From: an uncultured Acidobacteriota bacterium
Lineage (GTDB): Bacteria; Acidobacteriota; Blastocatellia; RBC074
DNA length: 64,000 nucleotides
Assembly (NCBI GenBank): GCA_963796275.1
Contig: CAWCKY010000007.1
Coordinates: forward strand, 512,001 to 576,000
Direction: 5' to 3'
Shown: positions 20,891 to 29,471 of the stretch, piece after piece
Numbering within the stretch: the stretch's first letter is position 1
How the letters are laid out: each line of letters begins with the position of its first letter
Translations under genes and position numbers: made by a program
The notes under the pieces: generated by a model
Databases searched by the model: none
The model's input: only the letters and a program-made list of their open reading frames with translations
Told to the model about the DNA's origin: nothing

Positions 20891-22033
20891 GTGAGAAGAG
20901 AGAATACGAAACAGACGAAAATTTACGAAACAAACGATAAGATAGCTATGGTCTTGTTTCGTTTATTTTCGTCTGTTTCGTATTCTCTCTTCTTCCTTCT
21001 ACTGCTGGTTACGCCGGCTTATGCTCACCCCGTACCGTACAGCTATCTCGATTTGCAGATGGCTCGTGGCGGACTGGAAGGCGTGCTTGTCGCGCACATA
21101 ATAGATCTCGCGCACGATCTGAATGTGACTCCGGCCGAGTCGTTGCTCGAACCGGCGCTGGCCGAGTCGAAGAGAGAGGCCATCCTGAGCCTCCTGCGGC
21201 AGCGATTGAAAGTGGCGGCTGATGGCCGGGCGCTCGAAATTGATTTACTGCGCATCGAGCCGCAAGTCGAGCGGCAGGCTCTGGCGCTGCATTTACGATT
21301 CAACTCGACGGCGCTTCCCGGCAGCCTCAGCATTCGGTGCGTTCTTTTTCCCTATGACACGCAGCACCAGACCTTCCTGAACATCTATGAAGAGGGAAAA
21401 CTGATTCATCAGGAAATCTTCAGTAAGGACCACTCATCACTCGACTACTTCACCGGCAGCAATCAAGGGACATTGGCGGTAGTAAAAACGTTCATACCTG
21501 CGGGGATCTACCACATCTTCGTGGGGCCGGATCACATTCTCTTCATTGTAGGATTGTTACTGCTGGGGGGGAGCTTATTGCGGTTGCTGAGTATAGTGAC
21601 CGCATTCACCATCGCTCATAGCATTACGCTGTCGCTCGCCGCTCTGGACTTGCTCAACCCGCCGGCGCGGTTGATCGAACCTGCCATTGCATTGAGCATC
21701 GTCTATGTGGGTATAGATAACCTGATGGTAGGCAAAACGGGCCGCGATGTGCGCCCTCTGATTGCATTTTTCTTCGGATTGGTGCACGGCTTCGGGTTTG
21801 CCGGAGTGCTCAAGGAATTCGGACTTCCGTCCCAGGCGCTGGGCTGGTCGCTCTTTTCTTTCAACCTCGGCGTTGAGATCGGGCAGGTCTGTATCGTCTT
21901 GGTTGTGGCATCGCTGCTGACGGCCCTGCGAAATCGCAATAAGCAGCTGGGAGAGCGAATAGCGATAATCGGTTCGGTGTGCGTGATACTAGCAGGATGT
22001 TACTGGTTCATCGAGCGGGTCTTTTGGGGATAG
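20891..22033 (+). CDS. HupE/UreJ family (HupE_UreJ_2) membrane protein
   Basis: AYAH signal cleavage, GIYHIFVGPDHILF, TAFTIAHSITL, FGLVHGFGFA, FNLGVEIGQ. Start is GTG 20891 or ATG 20948. Confidence 0.88.
   Translation: MRRENTKQTKIYETNDKIAMVLFRLFSSVSYSLFFLLLLVTPAYAHPVPYSYLDLQMARGGLEGVLVAHIIDLAHDLNVTPAESLLEPALAESKREAILSLLRQRLKVAADGRALEIDLLRIEPQVERQALALHLRFNSTALPGSLSIRCVLFPYDTQHQTFLNIYEEGKLIHQEIFSKDHSSLDYFTGSNQGTLAVVKTFIPAGIYHIFVGPDHILFIVGLLLLGGSLLRLLSIVTAFTIAHSITLSLAALDLLNPPARLIEPAIALSIVYVGIDNLMVGKTGRDVRPLIAFFFGLVHGFGFAGVLKEFGLPSQALGWSLFSFNLGVEIGQVCIVLVVASLLTALRNRNKQLGERIAIIGSVCVILAGCYWFIERVFWG
20894..20993. repeat. 29-bp perfect inverted repeat with 9-mer periodicity inside the 5' end of the HupE/UreJ gene
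   Basis: AGAAGAGAGAATACGAAACAGACGAAAAT (20894-20922) and its exact reverse complement (20965-20993). Confidence 0.9.
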
Positions 22034-22050
22034 GATCGATCGGCGGTCTT

Positions 22051-22593
22051 ATGGGCTCTGTGAAAAAAGTTGTATCCGGCGGGCAAACCGGAGTAGATCA
22101 AGCTGGCCTGCGCGCCGCGCAATCCTGCGGTTTGGAATGTGGCGGCTGGTGTCCGCCCGGACGGCTTTGCGAATCGGGGCTAATCTCCTCAATCTTCCCG
22201 CTCAAAGAAACCCCTGAAGAACGGAGCGCCGATGCGCCGGATATCCCCCGTTCCCAGCGTACCGAATGGAACGTTCGCGATTCCGATGCGACGTTGATAT
22301 TGTGGCCGAAATTACGTGTTGAACAGGGTCAGGGGACGGAATGGACGATCCGCTGTGCGGCGCGTTATGGCCGTTCGCTGCTATTGTGTGACCCGGAGGA
22401 CCCGATGGTCCCGGCTATAATAATGCAGTGGTTGAGAGAGAAGTCCGTTCACACGCTCAATGTCGCAGGACCGAGCGAGAGTGCATGCCCTGGAATCGGC
22501 GCACAGAGCTATTCGATCTTACTTCGAGTCTTATCGCAGGGCGGTGAGGATTCAAGTGGAGCTACTTCCGTGACTTCCACGGATAAGGGTTAA
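22051..22593 (+). CDS. Putative molybdenum-carrier / SLOG-fold protein
   Basis: KVVSGGQTGVDQAGL, GGWCPPGR, RTEWNVRDSDATL, LNVAGPSES. Confidence 0.85.
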   Translation: MGSVKKVVSGGQTGVDQAGLRAAQSCGLECGGWCPPGRLCESGLISSIFPLKETPEERSADAPDIPRSQRTEWNVRDSDATLILWPKLRVEQGQGTEWTIRCAARYGRSLLLCDPEDPMVPAIIMQWLREKSVHTLNVAGPSESACPGIGAQSYSILLRVLSQGGEDSSGATSVTSTDKG

Positions 22594-22987
22594 CCATCCT
22601 ATCAATCTCAAAAAATTTCCCGGCATAGGTAAACCGTCCGGTCTTCAATCCGGTCGTCTGTGCGTCGGCGCGGCCCGTGAAACCTGGGATAGCCTGCGGG
22701 AATACGGTGGCATAACCCGCGCGCGCTACTCCGTGCAGTCCCTCGTTCCACCAGTCGTAGGCCGGTATTCCAGACGTTCGTCGGCGCGGCAGCGTTTTAT
22801 CATCTGCGAGATCTTTTCTTCGAACGTCATCCGCGTCACAAGATCGTCGACCCGTTTTCGATCGGAAGCGATGTGTCTTGTAAGGCGGTGAAGCTTCCTG
22901 TCCGCTCGCACGCGGTTGCGTCAAAACGGCCGTTAGGTAGATGGACAGTAGAAGGCAAAACGTGACGACCTGGCGCTATTTTTTCAT
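22562..22987 (-). pseudogene. GH3 beta-glucosidase/xylosidase remnant (multiple frameshifts and a large internal deletion)
   Basis: Fragments in different frames: KRVDDLVTRMTFEEKISQM and IPAYDWWNEGLHGVARAGYATVFPQAI; ATG 22987 hits TAG at codon 4. Confidence 0.85.
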
Positions 22988-23128
22988 AATAGTTCCCGCG
23001 ATCAGGGCATATTTGACGCACAGAATAATTTAAGGCCGGAGTTGAGACAACCTGATTCTTCTTGTATTTTTGCGGATAATCGAAAAAATGGTAGCCGCTT
23101 ATCCATAACAATGTGAGGACACATATTT

Positions 23129-24907
23129 ATGACGATTCCGATACCCGACAAACGTCTCTTCGCATCATTGCTTTCGATGCTGTTGTTCGCATCGATCTCA
23201 ATCGCCCAAGCACCCGCCCCTGCAAAGGGTAACTATTCGGTAATCACGCAACCGGGCGTGCGCGTGAAGATGCGGGATGGTGTAATGCTGGCCACGGACA
23301 TTTATCGCCCGCAAACCGAGGGTAAATTCCCCGTAATCCTGACCCGCACGCCGTACAACCGCAAAGATTCGGCGACGGGGGACTTCCTGGCCTCATACGG
23401 TTATGTCGTCATTCAACAGGACACGCGCGGACGGTTCGATTCGGGAGGCGAGTTCTACCCGTTCAAGTATGAGATGAATGATGGCTACGATACGATCGAA
23501 TGGGCGGCGGGGTTGCCATACTCCGATGGGCGCGTGGGTATGTACGGCGGATCATATGTGGGCGCGACGCAGATGCTGGCCGCCGCATCCGCTCCGCCGC
23601 ATCTGGTCGCGATCTTCCCTTATGTCACCGCGGCGGAATATTACGAAGGCTGGACATACGAAGGCGGCGCTTTGATGCAGTGGTTCGCCAGTTCGTGGTC
23701 CTCGGGGCTGGTGCTCGATACACTACAGCGGAAGACATCGGCACTCATACGTTCAAAAGAGTGGGTCGATAAATTGCCGGTCGACGAATATCGCATGTTG
23801 AACATGCCCACCGTGACCGACATAGCGCCTTATTTTCGCGATTGGATAGAGCATGAGACTAACGATGAGTTCTGGCGCGCGGTCAAAATCTCGGATCATT
23901 ACGGCAAGATGAATATCAAAGCGCTCCATTCGGGCGGGTGGCACGACATCTTCAGCGGCGGCTCGATCCGCAACTTCATTGACATGCAGAAAAAGGCGCC
24001 TAAGGCCGAAGCGCGCGACGGGCAGCGTCTGTTGATGGGACCGTGGGCTCACGCCGCGACCTCGCCCGAGGGCAAGATCGGCGATGTGACCTTCGGCAAG
24101 CAGGCCGTGCTGAATATGAACGAGACGATTCTGAAGTGGTACGATTATGTGATGAAGGACAAGCAGAACGAATTCGCGACCGGCAAGCCGGTCCGGATTT
24201 TCGTGATGGGAGACAACGTCTGGCGCGATGAAAATGAGTTTCCCCTGGCGCGCACCGAGTACACCAAATATTACCTGCACTCCGGCAAAGGCGCGAACAC
24301 GACAGCCGGCGACGGCGCCCTATCGATGGCTACGCCGAAGTCTGAAAATCCGGACGCGTTCGAGTACGATCCCGCCAACCCGGTCCCTACCATCGGCGGC
24401 AGGTTATGCTGCGGTGCGGGACTTCCTCCGGGCCCATCCGATCAGCGGCCGAATGAAGGGCGATCCGACGTTCTGGTTTATTCCACCCCGCCGCTCGAGC
24501 AGGATGTGGAGGTGACGGGCTTCATTACAGCTGAGGTCTATGCGTCGACATCGGCGGCGGATACCGATTTCACCGCGATGATCGTGGATGTTGACCCGTC
24601 GGGTTATGCGCGCTATCTGGGCGATGGCATCATTCGCGCACGCTACCGCAATTCCACAGCCAGGGCAGAACGGATCGAAGCGGGAAAAATATACAAATAC
24701 ACGATCGATCTGTGGGCGACAAGCAATGTATTCAAGGCCGGGCATCGCATAAGGGTTTACATTTCAAGCAGCAATTTTCCGCGTTTCAACCGCAACCTCA
24801 ACACGGGGGAGAAGACGTTGGGGGCGACGCGGATGGAGAAGGCCCGTCAGACGATCTACCACGATGCCGAGCATCCATCGGCGATCGTTCTGCCGATCAT
24901 AAAATAG
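23129..24907 (+). CDS. CocE/NonD family (alpha/beta) hydrolase, secreted
   Basis: RTPY, QDTRGRFDSGG, GGSYVG nucleophile elbow, GWHD, GPWAH, SSNFPRFNRN. Confidence 0.93.
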   Translation: MTIPIPDKRLFASLLSMLLFASISIAQAPAPAKGNYSVITQPGVRVKMRDGVMLATDIYRPQTEGKFPVILTRTPYNRKDSATGDFLASYGYVVIQQDTRGRFDSGGEFYPFKYEMNDGYDTIEWAAGLPYSDGRVGMYGGSYVGATQMLAAASAPPHLVAIFPYVTAAEYYEGWTYEGGALMQWFASSWSSGLVLDTLQRKTSALIRSKEWVDKLPVDEYRMLNMPTVTDIAPYFRDWIEHETNDEFWRAVKISDHYGKMNIKALHSGGWHDIFSGGSIRNFIDMQKKAPKAEARDGQRLLMGPWAHAATSPEGKIGDVTFGKQAVLNMNETILKWYDYVMKDKQNEFATGKPVRIFVMGDNVWRDENEFPLARTEYTKYYLHSGKGANTTAGDGALSMATPKSENPDAFEYDPANPVPTIGGRLCCGAGLPPGPSDQRPNEGRSDVLVYSTPPLEQDVEVTGFITAEVYASTSAADTDFTAMIVDVDPSGYARYLGDGIIRARYRNSTARAERIEAGKIYKYTIDLWATSNVFKAGHRIRVYISSSNFPRFNRNLNTGEKTLGATRMEKARQTIYHDAEHPSAIVLPIIK

Positions 24908-24999
24908 TTTTCAGTTTTCAGCTCTCAGGTTGCAATCGCTGTATTGAAGCAACTCAACTGAAGCCTAAAAACTGAAAACTAAAAACTGAAAACTATTTT
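24901..24999. repeat. Inverted heptamer array (AGTTTTC)n...(GAAAACT)n, empty element
   Basis: AAAATAGTTTTCAGTTTTCAG mirrored by CTAAAAACTGAAAACTAAAAACTGAAAACTATTTT; spans stop codon to next RBS. Confidence 0.85.
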
Positions 25000-25014
25000 C
25001 CGAGGAGACAATTA

Positions 25015-26367
25015 ATGAATCGTCGAAAATTTTTGCAAGCCGGAAGCGGATTCGCGTTGATGGCTTCCGCACCGCCTTACATCACTGAGTTTGCCCAGCG
25101 CAAACTGCGAGTCGGTTTGATCGGCACGGGGTGGTACGGCAAATGCGACCTGTTCCGGCTGATTCAGGTCGCACCGGTCGAAGTCGTATCCCTCTGCGAC
25201 GTCGACAAGCGTATGCTGAGCGAGGCCGCCGATATGGTCGCTGCGCGACAGGCTTCCAAACAGAAGCCGCGCACGTTTTCCGACTACCGCGCCATGCTCA
25301 AAGAAAAAGACATGGACATAGTGCTCATCGCCACTCCCGATCACTGGCATGCGCTACCGATGATCGCGGCCGTCGAGGCTGGTGCCGATGTCTATGTCCA
25401 GAAACCTATCAGCGTCGATGTAGTCGAGGGGCAGGCTATGGTGGCCGCCGCGCGGCGTCACAAGCGCGTCGTGCAGGTCGGCACTCAGCGTCGCAGCACA
25501 CCTCATCTGGCGGAGGCTCGCGATCAGATCGTACGCGCGGGCAAACTCGGCAAGATCGGGTTGGTCGAGATCTATTGCTATTACCATATGCGTACACGCG
25601 AGAATCCGCCGGACACAACTCCGCCCGATTACCTCGATTACGAGATGTGGACCGGGCCGGCGCCGATGCGCCCATACAATAAACTGGTGCATCCGCGTAG
25701 CTGGCGCGCTTTTATGGAATACGGCAACGGTATCGTGGGCGATATGTGCATCCACATGCTCGATATGGTTCGCTGGATGATGGGTTTGAGCTGGCCGAAG
25801 TCAGTCTCCTCTACGGGCGGCATTTTGGTGGACAGGCAGAGCAAGTCGAACATTGCCGATACTCAATCTGCTACCTTCGATTTCGGTGAAACGAAAGTGA
25901 TCTGGGAGCATCGGACCTGGGGCCATCCCAACGACCCGAAGTACCCCTGGGGCGCTACTATTTATGGGGAGAAGGGAACTCTCAAGGCGAGCGTCATGAG
26001 CTATGACTACATCCCGCTTAGCAAAGACGAACAGCCCGTTCATCGCGACGTAACTTATGAGCTCGAACAATACCCGGAGGATAAGACCGAAAAAGACCTG
26101 GAGAAACACGTAGCGCCCGCCATCAGGTACCACATGCAGGATTTTCTGCGCGCCATCGAGCAGCGCGGCAAACCGGTGGCGGACATCGAAGAGGGTCATA
26201 TATCGACGACGAGTTGCATCCTGGCCAACCTTTCGATGCAACTCGGAAGGACGTTGGTATGGGATTCCCAGAAACAGCGGGTCGCGAACGATAACGAGGC
26301 CAACAAACTGTTGCGCCGCCCATATCGCCGCCCCTGGACGCATCCGGAGCCTGAATCGCACAGCTAG
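25015..26367 (+). CDS. Gfo/Idh/MocA family oxidoreductase with Tat leader
   Basis: MNRRKFL leader, VGLIGTGWYG Rossmann motif, ATPDHWH, YVQKP, GDMCIHMLD. Confidence 0.92.
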   Translation: MNRRKFLQAGSGFALMASAPPYITEFAQRKLRVGLIGTGWYGKCDLFRLIQVAPVEVVSLCDVDKRMLSEAADMVAARQASKQKPRTFSDYRAMLKEKDMDIVLIATPDHWHALPMIAAVEAGADVYVQKPISVDVVEGQAMVAAARRHKRVVQVGTQRRSTPHLAEARDQIVRAGKLGKIGLVEIYCYYHMRTRENPPDTTPPDYLDYEMWTGPAPMRPYNKLVHPRSWRAFMEYGNGIVGDMCIHMLDMVRWMMGLSWPKSVSSTGGILVDRQSKSNIADTQSATFDFGETKVIWEHRTWGHPNDPKYPWGATIYGEKGTLKASVMSYDYIPLSKDEQPVHRDVTYELEQYPEDKTEKDLEKHVAPAIRYHMQDFLRAIEQRGKPVADIEEGHISTTSCILANLSMQLGRTLVWDSQKQRVANDNEANKLLRRPYRRPWTHPEPESHS

Positions 26368-26387
26368 GATTCATATACAAGCAACAC

Positions 26388-26437
26388 AAAAAAGGACAAA
26401 GAACAAAATAGAAATCTGTATTCTTTGTCCTTTTTTT
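26388..26437. terminator. Probable bidirectional intrinsic terminator
   Basis: AAAAAAGGACAAAGAA / TTCTTTGTCCTTTTTT stem between convergent genes. Confidence 0.7.
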
Positions 26438-26454
26438 CGATGAATACCAGTTAC

Positions 26455-28164
26455 TTAAAACGTCCCTGAAACTGTTTGCGCAGCTCCACCGCTCGTCGTG
26501 TATGTTACTACCCAGGTATCGCCCGCGTACGGGTGCGCAGTCCCATTTCCATTAAACTGCGCGGCCACGAGGCGATTGCTTCCAGACGCCAGCGTCTGAC
26601 CCGTCGCCAGCCTGAAGGTATACATTATCCTGGTGGCATCTTCAGTCCGGCTAGTCAGCAACATGTTTCCCGGGAAGTTGCTGTATTGCCCAGATACTAC
26701 AACGCCCGCCGTCTTCTGTACCGTAATTGTGATAGTCAGCGCGGTCAGTGGTGCCGTGTGGTTTAAGATCACGTCGAGTTCGCTCCACCAGGGGCTGCTT
26801 CCTGTCGCCACCCTCGCTGTCGCTGTAACCAGCCCCGACGATGGCGCCTGCGGAGTTACACTGACCTGGGCGGAGTTGGCGCTCTCGCCACTGGCATTGA
26901 CTGCGCTCGCGACATAAAAATAGGTCGTCCCGTTCACCAGGCCACTATTGTTGAATGAAGTCGCGGTCAGGTTGTTTGCGACGACGGTGTAGGGACCGCC
27001 GCTGGCTCCCGACCTTTTTACGACGTACCCGGTCGCTCCGCTCGCGGCATTCCAGCTCAACGTTACCTGTCCATTGCCTGCCGTCGCGGTCAGTCCGGTA
27101 GGCGCCGGCGGCGGGGTGGGTTGTCCCTCCGGTTCAAGCACATCCAGTAGCGCAAAATAGGCAGGCTTGGGTTGGTAGTTCGTGTTGTAAATGAGCGCAT
27201 CACCCATGCCGGAAAATGTCCCCGGAATCCAGGAATATTTATCGGTGAATCCCCACGTCACCAGGGCCTTGCAGTTAGGCTCCGTCAGACAGAAATTTAT
27301 TGAATCGGAGTAGGCCAGCGCCTGCTGCTGCAACTCGTCCGCAGATGTGGGAAGAGATATTCTCACGTCCATCTCCGTCATGGATATCTCAAGCCCGAGG
27401 GCCGCGAGCCTCCTGGCGTTCGTTTGATTGGCTGCCTGGATCCTGAATCCATTGATCTGATGCATCTGCCAGCCCACACCGTCGATGGGAACCCCCTGAT
27501 TCTTAAGGTTGCTCACGAGGTTATAGACGGCGTTGGATTTGGTATTCATCCCTTCGATCGAGTAGTCGTTGTAATAGAGTTTCGCGTCAGGGTCAGCCTG
27601 GCGGGCGAATTCAAAGGCGAGCCTGATGTATTCCGGTCCGATCCGCTGATTCCAGAAAGAGTTCCTCATAGCTCCATTGGAGTCGTCGATGGCCTCGTTG
27701 ACGACGTCCCAGGCCATTACGATTCCGCGATAACGCCCGACGAGCGTGAAGATATGTTCCCGCATGATGTCGATCACCTGATCGCGCGTGAAATTGCCGT
27801 TGACCAGCCATCCCGGAATCTGATTGTGCCAGATGAGCGTGTGGCCGCGCACTTTCATATTATTGGCCTGAGCGAAACTCACAAGCGCATCGGTATCGGT
27901 AAAATTGAACGCTGTTCTGGAAGGTCGAACGGCATCCATCTTGAATGAATTTTCGGCGACGATCATGTTGAACTCGCGTCTGAGCGTTTCCAGATATTGC
28001 GGCTCATTCCTGAATGGAGACATGTCTACCGCCGCGCCGATGAAAAAACCGCGCTCGTCGGCGGGTGCGCGTAATGGCCGGTTTTGCGCCCTGGATGTGG
28101 CCGGTGAGATCAAAGCGATGAGCAGAAAGACGAAGCTTACGCCGGTGCTGGTGATTGTTTTCAT
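26455..28164 (-). CDS. GH10 endo-1,4-beta-xylanase with Fn3 domain and C-terminal putative carbohydrate-binding module
   Basis: AENSFK, RGHTLIWHNQ, WDVVNEA (acid/base), YYNDY, GWQMH, TEMDV (nucleophile), WGFTDKYSW; PTGLTATAGNGQVTLSW Fn3. Confidence 0.93.
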   Translation of the reverse strand: MKTITSTGVSFVFLLIALISPATSRAQNRPLRAPADERGFFIGAAVDMSPFRNEPQYLETLRREFNMIVAENSFKMDAVRPSRTAFNFTDTDALVSFAQANNMKVRGHTLIWHNQIPGWLVNGNFTRDQVIDIMREHIFTLVGRYRGIVMAWDVVNEAIDDSNGAMRNSFWNQRIGPEYIRLAFEFARQADPDAKLYYNDYSIEGMNTKSNAVYNLVSNLKNQGVPIDGVGWQMHQINGFRIQAANQTNARRLAALGLEISMTEMDVRISLPTSADELQQQALAYSDSINFCLTEPNCKALVTWGFTDKYSWIPGTFSGMGDALIYNTNYQPKPAYFALLDVLEPEGQPTPPPAPTGLTATAGNGQVTLSWNAASGATGYVVKRSGASGGPYTVVANNLTATSFNNSGLVNGTTYFYVASAVNASGESANSAQVSVTPQAPSSGLVTATARVATGSSPWWSELDVILNHTAPLTALTITITVQKTAGVVVSGQYSNFPGNMLLTSRTEDATRIMYTFRLATGQTLASGSNRLVAAQFNGNGTAHPYAGDTWVVTYTTSGGAAQTVSGTF

Positions 28165-28323
28165 AGATGGAATCTCCTGATAAAACGGGCCAAAGCGATT
28201 TCGGACATTTGCCGACGCAATGCAGCAAATCCGAAAAGTCGCAAGGTTTTAAATTTTTTTACACCTTAAATTCTGGCCTGCAACAAATCATCGGGGATTG
28301 TCAGGCCGTCGGAGATGAATGTG

Positions 28324-28505
28324 TTAGCTAAGTTTCATCGCTATGCGATAGTACTGCAAGCACATGCGAATTGAGCTTGATAAAGCGCTACGCGCCGAAG
28401 CGCAGGTCGCTTACACTCCTCCATGCATCCGCTCTCAGAGTGGTGAAGATCAAGTCGCTTACGCGCCTGCCCCCACACCACTCACCCAGTGATGAAACTC
28501 GCTAA
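28324..28505. mobile_element. Possible MITE-like element with imperfect ~18-bp terminal inverted repeats
   Basis: TTAGCTAAGTTTCATCGCT ... AGTGATGAAACTCGCTAA; internal GTCGCTTAC duplicated; no ORF. Confidence 0.4.
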
Positions 28506-28676
28506 ATTCTTGGTTGTACCCGCCGGTTCTATCGGAGCAGCTAATTCCAACTGACAATCCAGTTTGACTAACTGCATAATTTTTTTGTGTGATGTTTAGC
28601 TATAATTCGATTCTCGAACTATATGTTTGGGTATCATTGTTGTCAAGAACCGATTGAGTATAATCGCTCTATCCAT

Positions 28677-29471
28677 ATGTCTCGACTGCTATCGATCGCC
28701 ATCTGGCTCATCGCAATTATTACGGCCGGTCTTTTCGCCTCATCGAAATGGCGCTTGCCCGAATCGATTGCCGCACACAGCGCGGCGATCGATCATCAAT
28801 TTAAAATAACACTGGCGATCATCGGGGTCGGGTTCTTGCTGACGCACGGAGCGCTCGGATACGCAGTCTGGCGTCACCGCGCAAAGAACGGAGACCAATA
28901 TTCACGAGGCAATGCGCGGGTCGAAATAATTTTGGCAGTAATCACCTCCAGCGTTTTCGTCGCTCTGGCTGTCACGGGACAGAAGGTCTGGTCGGAATTG
29001 CGGTTGGGCGAGATGCCGCGGGACAGCGCACGGATCGAAGTGGTCGCTCAGCAATTTGCGTGGAACTTCCGGTACCCCGGTGCTGATGGAAAGTTCGGGA
29101 GCACTGACCCGGCGCTTTATAATGACTCCGACAATTCGCTCGGCGCGCGCCCGGGACCGCTCGGTATCGATCCGCTCGATGAATCAGGCAAGGACGATCT
29201 GGTCAGGACGTCGCTGGTCATCCCGGTGAATCGTCCGATCAACCTCACGCTCCGGTCGAAAGATGTGATTCACGATTTCTACGTCCCCGCGCTCCGATTG
29301 AAGCAGGACGCCGTTCCCGGGATGAAGATCGACATCCATTTCACCGCGACGCGAGAGGGCCGTTACGAAATCGCCTGCGCTGAACTGTGCGGCCAGCTTC
29401 ACCACCAGATGCGGGCTTACCTCGATGTCCGGTCGCAGAGCGCATACGAAGAGTGGTTGAAAGTTAAATGA
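28677..29471 (+). CDS. coxB: Cytochrome c oxidase subunit II
   Basis: Two TM helices, AQQFAWNF, DVIHDF, CAELCGQLHHQM CuA motif. Confidence 0.93.
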   Translation: MSRLLSIAIWLIAIITAGLFASSKWRLPESIAAHSAAIDHQFKITLAIIGVGFLLTHGALGYAVWRHRAKNGDQYSRGNARVEIILAVITSSVFVALAVTGQKVWSELRLGEMPRDSARIEVVAQQFAWNFRYPGADGKFGSTDPALYNDSDNSLGARPGPLGIDPLDESGKDDLVRTSLVIPVNRPINLTLRSKDVIHDFYVPALRLKQDAVPGMKIDIHFTATREGRYEIACAELCGQLHHQMRAYLDVRSQSAYEEWLKVK

